Shown here: positions 8,866 to 19,245 of the stretch, piece by piece
Layout of the letters: each line of letters starts with the position of its first letter
How positions within the stretch are numbered: the first letter of the stretch is position 1
Virus record (IMG/VR): IMGVR_UViG_3300017758_000003
Coordinates: 14,044 to 78,043 of that record
From: a virus
Direction: 5' to 3' (one strand)
DNA length: 64,000 nt
Notes under the pieces: generated by a model
What the model saw: the letters and a program-made list of their open reading frames with translations, nothing else
Told to the model about the DNA's origin: nothing
Databases searched by the model: none
Program-made: the position numbers and the translations under genes

Positions 8866-9225
8866 TTGTTTGTGTTTATCTAATACTTTGTATCCATAAT
8901 CAATTCTTGTCTCAATCAAAGGAGCGGAAAAACCAACAATCTCCTTTATCTCTAAAACCAATTCATTATCCTCACCAATTAATTTGGGGTTATCAAAGTA
9001 AACATACCTGTTTTTTTCAAAACCATTTAACATCTTATAATACGTAGACTCAAAGGTATTGAGTTCGTCAAGTAATTTTTCTAAATGTAGTAGATAAGGT
9101 GATACTTTCTTTTCGACGATAAAAGAGTAATCGACCGATTGTAAATAACCAAGTACCATATAAGACTTATGTTCAAAATCAATCGGATCATTAATATACC
9201 AACCTATAGGTAGAGTTGTAATCAT
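8854..9225 (-). CDS. hypothetical protein
   Basis: 123 aa; TATTTAT 4 nt upstream of the ATG. Confidence 0.8.
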   Translation of the reverse strand: MITTLPIGWYINDPIDFEHKSYMVLGYLQSVDYSFIVEKKVSPYLLHLEKLLDELNTFESTYYKMLNGFEKNRYVYFDNPKLIGEDNELVLEIKEIVGFSAPLIETRIDYGYKVLDKHKQLLY

Positions 9226-9240
9226 ACCTATAAATAGTTT

Positions 9241-9894
9241 TTAAATTAATCTTTTTTCTTTGAATTCATTTAATATTAAACCTGCAAAATCTCTGTGACC
9301 CTTTGGGGACCAATGACTATCTTGGGATAGACCTTTAGTGTAATTTTTGAATCCTTGATATTGTGACCACTTTGTGTGATCCCAAACAACACATGTAACT
9401 CCTCTCATATTAAGTTCTTGTTTAAGTGAGTAACCTAACATCATATAGTACGTGTCTAATGAAGGTCCCACATCTCTAAAATCAACGAGAAATGAATTCC
9501 ATGTATTTTCTTTGTTCTTATCTTCACACTCTATCGGTCCACTTGAAATTATTGGGTCTCCTCTTTTCCCCCCGTTCCATATTCCTAAGTCATCAGCAGT
9601 ACTTTTTTTCATGTAGTTTCTTGCGGGATAAGATAAACCAATACTAACATAATCTCCCTCCTCAATCTTACTTAGTTTTTCAATAACCTTAAATAAGATA
9701 TGTGGTGAAGAGTTACCACCCACACCATAATCTTGTCTTAATAGGTTTAATTCTTTTGATACAATTTTTTGCCAAACGATCATTTTATCACCTCGATCTT
9801 CTAAGATATCATCCCACTGATTTTGTGTCATATCCAAAGGTCGTCCGAATTTATCTGAAAAACTATCACCAAAGACCCACAGTTTACTTTTCAT
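9241..9894 (-). CDS. SGNH/GDSL hydrolase-like protein
   Basis: LWVFGDSFS, GVGGNS and DSHWSPKGH. Confidence 0.8.
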   Translation of the reverse strand: MKSKLWVFGDSFSDKFGRPLDMTQNQWDDILEDRGDKMIVWQKIVSKELNLLRQDYGVGGNSSPHILFKVIEKLSKIEEGDYVSIGLSYPARNYMKKSTADDLGIWNGGKRGDPIISSGPIECEDKNKENTWNSFLVDFRDVGPSLDTYYMMLGYSLKQELNMRGVTCVVWDHTKWSQYQGFKNYTKGLSQDSHWSPKGHRDFAGLILNEFKEKRLI

Positions 9895-10727
9895 CAGTTT
9901 ACTGCCCTACCTTTCATCAGTTCCCAATCTCTAAGTGCCCTCACGTCATCGTTTGTTGATTCTGTAGCACATAACACATTATTGGTTGTGTGTAACTTGA
10001 AAGATAAATCAATCATTGCCGCCAAGTCTTTTGGGAAACAGTGACCACCAAAACCAAAGTCACCATCAGGTCCTGGTACCGACCAATGTGAATCACCAAG
10101 TCTTGGATCTAATGTTGCATATTCCACAACCTTATCATAGTCAATTTCAAGTTTATTACACAGTTGATATATTTCATTTGCAAAACTAACTTTTACAGAT
10201 AGAAACGTGTTAGTTAGGTACTTTACCATTTCAGCGTGTGTCGAGTCAGTTTTAATAATCTTAGCATTAGGAAATACTTTTGCAAATATTTGTTTAAGAT
10301 TTGTTGTGTGAGGTCTTGGACCTCCTAATATAATCCTATCTTGATTGTTATAATCCTCTACTGCATTTCTTTCTGTAAGAAATTCGGGATTAAAAATTAT
10401 ATTAAGGAACTCATAACTTGAATTTAATCTTTCTGTTGTACCACATACAACAGTAGATTTTAAAATAATTGTTTTCTTTTCGTTGTTATTTGAACAAATT
10501 AAATCAACGGCATCAAGTGTACTTTCAATGATGGAAGTATCACAACTTCTATCACTATTCATCGGTGTGGGTAGACACACGAATATATAAAGTGAACTCG
10601 TAACAACCTCTTCTAATGTTGAGTTACTTAAATGTTCTTTTTTATCATACGTATTAACCTTAAAATATTTACTAAATTTTTGAGTCACTGCGTTTCCTAC
10701 AAATCCTTGTCCTATTACTCCAATCAT
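9894..10727 (-). CDS. ugd: UDP-glucose/GDP-mannose 6-dehydrogenase family (no C-terminal domain)
   Basis: GQGFVG, CLPTP, KSTV, NPEFL, GFGGHCFPKD. Confidence 0.9.
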   Translation of the reverse strand: MIGVIGQGFVGNAVTQKFSKYFKVNTYDKKEHLSNSTLEEVVTSSLYIFVCLPTPMNSDRSCDTSIIESTLDAVDLICSNNNEKKTIILKSTVVCGTTERLNSSYEFLNIIFNPEFLTERNAVEDYNNQDRIILGGPRPHTTNLKQIFAKVFPNAKIIKTDSTHAEMVKYLTNTFLSVKVSFANEIYQLCNKLEIDYDKVVEYATLDPRLGDSHWSVPGPDGDFGFGGHCFPKDLAAMIDLSFKLHTTNNVLCATESTNDDVRALRDWELMKGRAVN

Positions 10728-11638
10728 AATAATTCTGTTCTTAAATACTCCATTAGGTTTATGGTCGGGTCGAAATCAAACCTATCTCTTAGTTTGGTAC
10801 AATCCAATCCATACCTTCTGTCGTGTCCCATCCTGTCTTGTATAAATTCAAATTTAACAGGGTAGTTTATTATACCTCCGATATTACGGAGGATTTCTTT
10901 ATTTGTATAACGGTCACCAGTACCGATATTCCATATTCCAATATCCGATAACATCAAATCAAAAATGATATTAACATTATCCTCAACCCAAATCCATTCT
11001 CTTATTTGACTACCATCACCATATACGGGGACAACTTGATTATTACTAATACAATCCATGACCTTTGGTAAGAACTTTTCTTTGTGTTGAAACTTACCAT
11101 AATTGTTACACGATCTTGTTATCACATAAGGAAGTTCAAATGTTCTACCCGCTGAGATAACAATTTGATCTGCAGAAGATTTGGATGCGGAATAGTAAGA
11201 TGATGGTTTACAAACATCACCTTCTAATGACATTTTTTTATGGGATCCCGTATCGTTTAAATCACCATAAACTTCATCTGTAGATATTTGTACAAACTTG
11301 TAAAAGGTTTTCATTTTACGTGCTAATTCAACTAAATTGTATGTACCATTTATGTTTGTTTGTATAAATGGGTTACCGTCATCAATAGAATTATCAACGT
11401 GTGATTCGGCAGCGAAGTTTACGATGTACTGTACATCACCTATATCTTCTTTAGTTAAATCACAAATATCTTTTTCAATAAACTCAACGTTAGGTGGTAT
11501 TCTTTCTAAATTAGAGGCGTATGTTAGTTTATCCACCACAATTATCTCAAAACCTTTATGTCCCGAATTATGTTTATTCAATAGATGTACAAAGGATGAT
11601 CCTATAAACCCTGCACCACCTGTGATTAAAACTTTCAT
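10724..11638 (-). CDS. rfbB: dTDP-glucose 4,6-dehydratase
   Basis: TGGAGFIG, FAAESHVD, STDEVYG, YSASK, GHDRRY. Confidence 0.93.
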   Translation of the reverse strand: MKVLITGGAGFIGSSFVHLLNKHNSGHKGFEIIVVDKLTYASNLERIPPNVEFIEKDICDLTKEDIGDVQYIVNFAAESHVDNSIDDGNPFIQTNINGTYNLVELARKMKTFYKFVQISTDEVYGDLNDTGSHKKMSLEGDVCKPSSYYSASKSSADQIVISAGRTFELPYVITRSCNNYGKFQHKEKFLPKVMDCISNNQVVPVYGDGSQIREWIWVEDNVNIIFDLMLSDIGIWNIGTGDRYTNKEILRNIGGIINYPVKFEFIQDRMGHDRRYGLDCTKLRDRFDFDPTINLMEYLRTELL

Positions 11639-11725
11639 TGTGTAAAATACCTATATGTATTTATGAACAAGAATGTTCCATAAAATAGAAGCGCTGTTAT
11701 TAAGAACACATCTATAGTTTCAATT

Positions 11726-12445
11726 TTATTCAAAAAATTCTTCATATCTCCTTGTGTTTAAGGAAAAGTCTTTAGTCTGATGTAGACTTGACTTTTTTAT
11801 ATCTGTATTCCTTGTGGTTGCGTAGTCATAAATTGACTTTCTTTTAGTACCAACATTTATCACACCTTTAAAATCCTTGTTTTTACAGATATTAATAATC
11901 ATCGGACTAATAACATCAACATAATCTTTGGATGTGTACAGATTATCGTACGCATTTTCGTAGGGAAATTTACCATTTCCAAAACTTGTTCGTACTATTA
12001 CGTGGTTAGGTACGAATTTGACAGATGATTCACCCCCTAATTTTGACCAAGCATATAAATTATATGGGTTAATTGGATCAACTTCAGAATAATTACCTGA
12101 CATACCATCATAAACATAGTCAGTTGAAATGTATATTAACCTTTTATTGGTTTTAATACAAAATCTTGACAAGTTTGCAGTCCCAACAATATTTGTCTGT
12201 ATAAATTGGTCTTTTTCTGACAAAGTTTCACTAACGTCTATCATGGCAGCAGTGTGTATTATGGTATTAAAGGGTAATAACTCCTCAAAATGGTGTTTCG
12301 AACCTATTGTACACATTTCTCTACTGAAATTTGTCATAATAAGTCCGTTAGAATCCTTTTTTAGTTGTTTCCCTAATAGACCATTACCGCCAGTGACAGC
12401 AATTCTATCGATATCATTAACGGGATATGTATTTTGTACCTCCAC
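11726..12445 (-). CDS. rfbD: dTDP-4-dehydrorhamnose reductase-like
   Basis: TGGNGLLG, YISTDYVYDG, PYNLYAWSKLGGE. Confidence 0.85.
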   Translation of the reverse strand: MEVQNTYPVNDIDRIAVTGGNGLLGKQLKKDSNGLIMTNFSREMCTIGSKHHFEELLPFNTIIHTAAMIDVSETLSEKDQFIQTNIVGTANLSRFCIKTNKRLIYISTDYVYDGMSGNYSEVDPINPYNLYAWSKLGGESSVKFVPNHVIVRTSFGNGKFPYENAYDNLYTSKDYVDVISPMIINICKNKDFKGVINVGTKRKSIYDYATTRNTDIKKSSLHQTKDFSLNTRRYEEFFE

Positions 12446-12515
12446 CCTATAATCTAAGAAAAATATTCCTAAAAGTCCACCCCCACCAAACTAATAAAAC
12501 CACATATTTATAGAT

Positions 12516-13406
12516 ATGGATAAAAAGACACTATTAGAAGATATTAAAAGAATACACACACTAACTTATGGTGGTCAGAAGACAAATATGATTGTTGAGG
12601 GGTTATTTGATAGTGATGATACGAAAGCGGACGAAGTTTCTGACGATGTTAGTGAATTCATAGATAGTTTAAAACAGACTTCTATTAGTGGTTTATCTCA
12701 AGAGGAAAAGGGTAGTATGGAATACAAGAAAAGTGTAGAATCCATGCAAATTTCATTAGTTTTATTGGGTTATGAGTTACCTGTACACGGTATAGATGGT
12801 TTATTTGGTCCTGAAACTGCAAGTGCAGTGAAACAATTCATGAGTGATAACCAAATGGAGATTGGTAGTGAGGAAATGTTAATGGTTACTCCTGAAGTAA
12901 TGAGTTTATTAACTAAAAAAGTACAAGAAAAGGGTGTTAGTAGTGAAGATCTTAAAAAACACATAAATAAACCGTTAAAACACGATGGTTCTTTAGGTGA
13001 AAAAACTGATGGTATAACAATTGCCACTTATTTAATGAAGAAAAACTATTCCAAAGCACAATCGGCAGGAATTGCAGGTAATTTGTATGTGGAGTCGGGT
13101 TATAGGACTGGTGTTATAGGCGATAATGGTACTTCCTATGGGTTAGCACAATGGCACAAGACAAGATGGGAACGTTTGAATAAGTTCTGTGAATCTGAAG
13201 GATTAGATCCATCAGAAGCAGAAGCCCAACTAATATATTTAGATTGGGAACTACGTACACGTGAGAAAAGGGCATATAAAGAGTTAATGAAAACCGATAC
13301 ACCCTATGATTCAGCATATGCGTTTGCAAAGTACTTCGAAAGACCACGCAAAATAAACCCCAAAAGAATGTCTAAGGCTGAGGAGATATATAAACGTTTA
13401 GGATAG
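12516..13406 (+). CDS. PG-binding domain + phage tail lysozyme domain protein
   Basis: HGIDGLFGPETASAVKQF; AGIAGNLYVES, GLAQW, FERP. Confidence 0.85.
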   Translation: MDKKTLLEDIKRIHTLTYGGQKTNMIVEGLFDSDDTKADEVSDDVSEFIDSLKQTSISGLSQEEKGSMEYKKSVESMQISLVLLGYELPVHGIDGLFGPETASAVKQFMSDNQMEIGSEEMLMVTPEVMSLLTKKVQEKGVSSEDLKKHINKPLKHDGSLGEKTDGITIATYLMKKNYSKAQSAGIAGNLYVESGYRTGVIGDNGTSYGLAQWHKTRWERLNKFCESEGLDPSEAEAQLIYLDWELRTREKRAYKELMKTDTPYDSAYAFAKYFERPRKINPKRMSKAEEIYKRLG

Positions 13407-13407
13407 T

Positions 13408-13623
13408 ATGAAAGTATCAATAACCGAAAGTCAACTTAAATTAATAGTAGAGGACAGTAAAAAGTCCAAAAAAGACAAAAAAACACCCAAAAAAGACCAA
13501 AACAAGGGTGATTTTGACCGTTTGGCCTATTATTTAGAGTATTATAGTAATCTCACACCATCAGGATTTGATATCTGTAAAAAAGGTGATGATATCATCA
13601 TTTCCATCCCTGAACGTAACTAA
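13408..13623 (+). CDS. leader-bearing small protein
   Basis: MKVSITESQLKLIVE. Confidence 0.75.
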   Translation: MKVSITESQLKLIVEDSKKSKKDKKTPKKDQNKGDFDRLAYYLEYYSNLTPSGFDICKKGDDIIISIPERN

Positions 13624-13730
13624 ACTTGTTTTTTTCGTTTTTTTCATGTAACATTGTATTAACAATTACTTAACATTGGATATTTATTAAGTAACGAATC
13701 ACAATAAACAGACTTAAAAAAACAAGTAAC

Positions 13731-14102
13731 ATGAAAAATTTATTTTTAGTAATGTCTATACTTCTGTCGACCACAATTTACGGTCAAGAGTTCAACACAG
13801 ATGTAAAGAAGTCTACAAAAGAGTTTGAACTTATGTATGATGATTACTATAAAGTTACCATGAGTGAAATTGATGGTACGATAACACAAGAAGGTTTTTA
13901 CTCTGTCGGTGAGGACGGTAAATTAGACAGAGAAGGTAAGTGGGTGTTATATAGTGATGGAGAAATCCTTAGTGTTGGTCAATTTAGTAACGATCAACTT
14001 GTTTGGATTAAAAGTGGTGGTGAGAAATTCACAAGACAACAAATCATAGATGAAAGAAAAAGATTAAGGTCAACGTCAGTTGCACTTAACACAATTAAGT
14101 AA
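13731..14102 (+). CDS. exported protein with MORN-variant/YwqK-like repeats
   Basis: Signal peptide ending TTIYG|Q; QEGFY...REGKWVLYSDG. Confidence 0.65.
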   Translation: MKNLFLVMSILLSTTIYGQEFNTDVKKSTKEFELMYDDYYKVTMSEIDGTITQEGFYSVGEDGKLDREGKWVLYSDGEILSVGQFSNDQLVWIKSGGEKFTRQQIIDERKRLRSTSVALNTIK

Positions 14103-14160
14103 TAACTTAAACACATCACAAAAAAAGGGGACTATATGTCCCCTTTCTTATTTCCTTAAT

Positions 14161-14478
14161 CTAACGATTATTTTTTCCTTTAGGTTTCCTACCTTTTCTT
14201 TTCGTCCCTTTGACGGCTCCAACCACATCACTTGTTTGATCAACAAGATCTTTAGCTGCGTTCTTAACGTCACCAAGTTCTTCTTTGACTCTCTTAGCTC
14301 TACGTTTTACTTCTTTTGTTGTTTTCTTTACAGTGTCTTTTACATCTTCAACTGCGTCTTCCACAACATCGGGGATATAATCTTGATCTTCGTCTTTGAT
14401 CTTACCTTTTTTAATAAGGTAAACAACTACTCCCGCTGCGATTGCTGTAAGCAATAAAATAATTAAAATTGTTTTCAT
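14161..14478 (-). CDS. membrane-anchored coiled-coil protein with basic tail
   Basis: N-terminal TM helix, amphipathic repeats, KRKGRKPK tail. Confidence 0.75.
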   Translation of the reverse strand: MKTILIILLLTAIAAGVVVYLIKKGKIKDEDQDYIPDVVEDAVEDVKDTVKKTTKEVKRRAKRVKEELGDVKNAAKDLVDQTSDVVGAVKGTKRKGRKPKGKNNR

Positions 14479-14651
14479 ACGAATTGTTTTTTGAATAAAT
14501 ACGAAATTATACGGGGAAAGTAAATGGTTGGGTGAAAATTTACCCAGTATACTAGTTTATATTATACTAGTTATAAAAGCTAGGCCTAGTATAAATATAT
14601 AATACTGGGCAAAAATCTTTTCTTTAATAATATATTTTGATATTTATTAGT

Positions 14652-15578
14652 ATGAGGAACCTAACAATACTATTATTCGTAATTACCATAACAAGTTGTT
14701 CACCCCTACAATTTAAATATTCAACTCTAAATCACGCAGGTCAGATTGATGGAATTTATAATAATAAGACGGTAAAAATAGACACCATTGAAAATGAGTT
14801 TCAGTTAGCGAGAAAATTTAGAACCGACGATAGATTCAGATGGGATTTTGCCCAATATGCGATGAGACAAGATATGAGATGGAGTTATGATTTCTATTGG
14901 AATAATAGAATGTATAGACGTGGAGTTGGTTCTCCATTCAATTTCTACTGGAACTCTCAACAATATTGGTGGAGTTGGGCTAGTAATTCCCCTTTCAATA
15001 TGGGATTCAATCAATGGGACCCATTTGGATTTAACAACTATGGTTGGGGTAGTACATACTATGGATATAACTATGGTTGGAATTTATACAATAACTATGG
15101 TTGGGGTTTTAATAATTGGGGATCGAGAGATACATGGAATACATACGCTTGGAATAATAGAGACGATTTAAGGGACGTTGTAAGAGTAAGAGGTAGAAGA
15201 GGGTCAAATAGTGTTGTTAACACAAATAATGATGTCTCAAATACTCCTAACAAAAGAATTGTGATTAATAATGAAGATGGTATTGTTATAAGAAATAATA
15301 ACGGAGAAATCATAAGAATTAATAATGGGAGGAACAATAATAATATTAGAGTTTACAACAACCCAAATAGGGTACCCAATAATCTGAGACCTAACAATAA
15401 CAATAGAGTTATTAATAACAATAATGTTAGGGGTTCGTGGAGACCAAACAACAATAATAACAACGTCAACTCAAGAAGTTCTTCATCACCGAGATCTTAT
15501 GTTCCACCACCAAATGGAGGAAACACAAGTGGTGGAAAAGTGATAAGTAGAGGTTCAAGAGGAAATAACAAACAATAA
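14652..15578 (+). CDS. lipoprotein with W/Y/G/N-rich and Asn/Arg-rich low-complexity regions
   Basis: Lipobox ITSC; TATTTAT 4 nt before ATG 14652. Confidence 0.8.
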   Translation: MRNLTILLFVITITSCSPLQFKYSTLNHAGQIDGIYNNKTVKIDTIENEFQLARKFRTDDRFRWDFAQYAMRQDMRWSYDFYWNNRMYRRGVGSPFNFYWNSQQYWWSWASNSPFNMGFNQWDPFGFNNYGWGSTYYGYNYGWNLYNNYGWGFNNWGSRDTWNTYAWNNRDDLRDVVRVRGRRGSNSVVNTNNDVSNTPNKRIVINNEDGIVIRNNNGEIIRINNGRNNNNIRVYNNPNRVPNNLRPNNNNRVINNNNVRGSWRPNNNNNNVNSRSSSSPRSYVPPPNGGNTSGGKVISRGSRGNNKQ

Positions 15579-15847
15579 TGAAAAAAGTAATCATTACAGA
15601 AACACAAGTAAAAAAACTAATTGATAATGTCGTTGAAGATTTAGATTATCACAGGGTTGATGATGCGTCTCCTGAAAAAGACAAATACGTCATGTCTCAA
15701 GAAAATGAAGAGGATGAAGTAGGTGAGGGGAGAAGGTCTCTTTCAAGAACAAGAAAGAAAAGATTATTCTCCAAGGCGGAAGTAATGGCAAACCCCGCAA
15801 GATTTAAACACCACGATAGAAAATTAAAAGGGGTAAAACTTAAATAG
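15578..15847 (+). CDS. leader-bearing protein with basic C-terminus
   Basis: MKKVIITETQVKKLIDNVVE. Confidence 0.75.
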   Translation: MKKVIITETQVKKLIDNVVEDLDYHRVDDASPEKDKYVMSQENEEDEVGEGRRSLSRTRKKRLFSKAEVMANPARFKHHDRKLKGVKLK

Positions 15848-16331
15848 AATAAGTAATAACATTGATTGACGAAGCAACAATATTTCCGTCAGAATCATTC
15901 TCTAATTCAATTTCAATATTTTCATCAATACCAATAATACCTCTTGGTTCTTGTTGATCAATATCCGCAGAATCCCAATCAATTTTTACTTTGATTGTTG
16001 CATCCGTTGGATCTTCTGAACCTTCAGGATAATATTGAATATACAAATCTAATTCTTCAGGACCTTGAACGTCATATACTGAAATTGTTTTGATTCCCCA
16101 ACTACGGTGTTCTGATTCGATCAGGTAGTTTACGGTGAACTCTAAATTTTCAATATCTTCTATCTCTTGACCTTTGAATGTTAAACTCGAACTATAGTTA
16201 AAATCAAGTTCACATTTCATTTCATATCTGTTATCACCCATACCTTCATTTAGTTCATTCGTTTCACCCTCAGATGAAACATATTCGTTTATTTTATTCA
16301 TTTGTTCAGTAGTCAAAACAATTTTTTTCAT
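15840..16331 (-). CDS. leader-bearing acidic protein
   Basis: Start reassigned to MKKIVLTTEQMNKINE, downstream of a TATTTAT motif. Confidence 0.75.
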   Translation of the reverse strand: MKKIVLTTEQMNKINEYVSSEGETNELNEGMGDNRYEMKCELDFNYSSSLTFKGQEIEDIENLEFTVNYLIESEHRSWGIKTISVYDVQGPEELDLYIQYYPEGSEDPTDATIKVKIDWDSADIDQQEPRGIIGIDENIEIELENDSDGNIVASSINVITYSI

Positions 16332-16510
16332 AATATTCTTTTTATAATAAATACACCCAAAGTGATTAATATATATGAGAAATACCAAGATTTCAATATT
16401 TATTTGATACTGTAGTTTGTCTTAGTTGTACAAATATATAACATATTTTTTGTAATATCAAAAAAATATACTATATTTGTTGGGTCAACATAAAATAGAA
16501 AAAAGACTAT

Positions 16511-16825
16511 ATGAGTTATATTATTGGTTCTTCATGTGTTGGAGTATGTGACACAGTCTGTGTTGAGGTTTGTCCCGTAGACTGTATTCATGGACCCATA
16601 GATCCTAACGGAAGTGGTGGCGAAGTGAACACATTTTCATCAGAAGAACTAAAAGACAAACAACTTTTCATAAATCCTGACGAATGTATTGATTGTGGTG
16701 CTTGTTTACCCGAGTGTCCCGTTGATGCTATTTACCCCGACGAAGAAACAACAATATCAGTTGAGGGTAATGATGTATCTGTAATTAAAAATTACACATT
16801 CTTTGGACAACAATATACTCGTTAG
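16511..16825 (+). CDS. fdxA: dicluster [4Fe-4S] ferredoxin
   Basis: CVGVCDTVCVEVCPVDC and CIDCGACLPECPVDAI; host-type promoter at 16449-16479. Confidence 0.9.
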   Translation: MSYIIGSSCVGVCDTVCVEVCPVDCIHGPIDPNGSGGEVNTFSSEELKDKQLFINPDECIDCGACLPECPVDAIYPDEETTISVEGNDVSVIKNYTFFGQQYTR

Positions 16826-16850
16826 CGGTAATCCACTAAAAACAATAATC

Positions 16851-17429
16851 ATGAAAAATCATTTTACAATTAAATCGTTATGTCTTTTCGCAATACTATT
16901 AGTTTCCGCGAAAGTACACAAAACAGGTGAGATCAATGCCATGGTAAGACCACAAATCGAACCAATAGTGTTTATTGAACCACTACCAATTGAACCTGTC
17001 ATTATTAAAGATGAATTAGATCCTTTTTTAAATTCGATAGGGCAAAAAGAAAGTGGTAACAATTATAAAATAGTTAACACTTACGGTTATATGGGTAAGT
17101 ACCAGTTTGGTAAAGGTACCCTGAAAGGATTAGGTTACGATCTAACAAGGGAGGAGTTTTTAAATCACCCTGAAATCCAAGAGAAGGCAATGTTAGATCT
17201 TCTAAGACATAATAAAAAGAAACTACAGAAATACATCAACAAATACGAAGGTAAAGTAGTACATGGTGTTCATATTACTGAATCAGGTATTTTAGCGGCA
17301 GCACATCTTGCTGGTCAAGGTAATGTTAGAAAATTCTTTAGGAAAGGATACCAATTCAAAGATGGTTATGGTACGACCTTAACTTCATATATGACAAAAT
17401 TTGCAGGGTACGATCTGAGATTAGATTGA
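16851..17429 (+). CDS. membrane-anchored lysozyme-like/transglycosylase-fold protein
   Basis: Signal-anchor followed by ESGNNY..GYMGKYQFG and LAAAHLAG. Confidence 0.7.
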   Translation: MKNHFTIKSLCLFAILLVSAKVHKTGEINAMVRPQIEPIVFIEPLPIEPVIIKDELDPFLNSIGQKESGNNYKIVNTYGYMGKYQFGKGTLKGLGYDLTREEFLNHPEIQEKAMLDLLRHNKKKLQKYINKYEGKVVHGVHITESGILAAAHLAGQGNVRKFFRKGYQFKDGYGTTLTSYMTKFAGYDLRLD

Positions 17430-17454
17430 TAGAATAAAGAGGGGGGGGTTTTAA

Positions 17455-19245
17455 TTAACCCCTTTTTTCGTTTACTCCCTTTTGTGTGTAATCATCTACA
17501 TTATCGTAAGGTTTGTCGAAATCATAGTTTACATCTGTAATATCCATAAACGATGGTTCTCCTAAGTCTTTCCAAGTTCTTTGGGACATGATACTAACAG
17601 TTGCGTCATTATCTAAAACATTACTAATAACGTAAAAATTAGAGTTATCATCTTTGTTCCCTGAACGACTATAAGTAGTTACCAAATATGTGATTTGACC
17701 ATCCATTTGTTCTTGTAGTTGGTCTTCAGTATCTGTATCGTCATTCTGTGTTGTATCAGGTACATCTTGGGTAGGTTCTTCAGGTTTTTCTTGGTCATCA
17801 CCTTTTTTCTTTATACCTAATTTACCTTCAATATCGAAAACACCATAAGTCGGATCTAACATTTCTTTATAATCAGGAGTATACTGTACACCACCATGTT
17901 CTAACCACTCACCTCTACCTGCGTTATAGATACCAACCAATTCATTTTCTTTGTTTTCCATGATCTTAATATCTGCGTCTTGTTTAGATACAAATATCGG
18001 TTTGAATGAAGATTCAAGTAATTTTGTAAAGATTTTACCAATTCCAAAGTCTTTAGGTTGTAATCCTGCTTCAGATGCTACTCTAAATAACCTATCGGAT
18101 AAAGCTCTACGAATACCACTTTTCTTAATTATAAATTTAAAAGTTTCATAAGATTGGAACATATCATCTACATTCCCTTGATTTATTTGTTCAAAATAAC
18201 TTCTGACCAAGTTTTCGTCCATGGCCTCAAAAGATCTTATCTTACTCAGAACACCACCATTTTGTATAAATCTTAATTTAAGTGGTCTACGAACCCTTCT
18301 AAACTCAAATTCGTGTCCCTCTCTTTCGTTTACTCTTGATGCCTCATCTCTTGATACATTTAACTCTTTCGATTCGTCATAATCAACAGATGCAATTAAT
18401 TCTTGTACATCTCTTTTATTTAATTCAGGATAAATACAACTAATACATGTGTTATAATCATCATCTTGCATCCTCATATCTCTATCACCACCCGTGTTGT
18501 ACATGTTAGTGAGTTTATATGGGTATGTTTGGTTAGGATCTTTCTTTGGTTGAAGTACACTGATAAAATACTTATCACTCTCTTCTTTAGATTCATCGAT
18601 GATCATATAATAAGTCCTACCTTCCGATCTATATGTTGCCCACATATTACCTGGTCTATCCCATGTGATACACCATTGATTACTTGCATTAGGGTTATGT
18701 TTGGATCTTACCATATCCTGCCAATAACCAAATTTTATACTTTCTTTTTGGTTTTTGGGTCTATATATTCTGAACCCCTCCCCATTATCATAAACCAAGT
18801 ATTTGTTCCCAAACCACAAATCTCTTGATGCTTCGATTTTATCGGTTTTAGAGACACCAGCCTTTTCGAAGAACGGATCTTCTTCATCAACTTCTTCTTC
18901 TAAGTTAATACCGAAATCTAAAAATAGACTTTTGATTTGGGGGTACGTATAACTTATGATGTTCTTTAATTCCTTTTCTTCGAATTTAGACGTACCATAC
19001 TCACCATCATACCTTGATAGAAATGAAATGATTTCAGGTCTTTTGGTACTTAATTTTCCTTGTAGTGCGGGTATATTATTGCCGTCGACATCTCTGCCAC
19101 CTTTGAATTTGGTTAGGATGTACTCAACATCCTCCATTGTAATAGAGTCGTTGTCTACACTCCACTTTTTAAAGAGATTCTCAAGAAGTTTCTTGTTTTG
19201 AACTTCCTCGAGTAACATCTCATAGATTATATCCTTAATTTCCAT
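17455..19245 (-). CDS. large hypothetical protein (NQWCIT motif)
   Basis: 596 aa; MEIKDIIYEMLLEE start, TATTTAT upstream. Confidence 0.8.
   Translation of the reverse strand: MEIKDIIYEMLLEEVQNKKLLENLFKKWSVDNDSITMEDVEYILTKFKGGRDVDGNNIPALQGKLSTKRPEIISFLSRYDGEYGTSKFEEKELKNIISYTYPQIKSLFLDFGINLEEEVDEEDPFFEKAGVSKTDKIEASRDLWFGNKYLVYDNGEGFRIYRPKNQKESIKFGYWQDMVRSKHNPNASNQWCITWDRPGNMWATYRSEGRTYYMIIDESKEESDKYFISVLQPKKDPNQTYPYKLTNMYNTGGDRDMRMQDDDYNTCISCIYPELNKRDVQELIASVDYDESKELNVSRDEASRVNEREGHEFEFRRVRRPLKLRFIQNGGVLSKIRSFEAMDENLVRSYFEQINQGNVDDMFQSYETFKFIIKKSGIRRALSDRLFRVASEAGLQPKDFGIGKIFTKLLESSFKPIFVSKQDADIKIMENKENELVGIYNAGRGEWLEHGGVQYTPDYKEMLDPTYGVFDIEGKLGIKKKGDDQEKPEEPTQDVPDTTQNDDTDTEDQLQEQMDGQITYLVTTYSRSGNKDDNSNFYVISNVLDNDATVSIMSQRTWKDLGEPSFMDITDVNYDFDKPYDNVDDYTQKGVNEKRG

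Noticed and set aside
11658-11718. TATTTAT plus a 14-codon ORF antisense within the rml operon
   Set aside because: No terminator or structural support; may be chance in AT-rich DNA.
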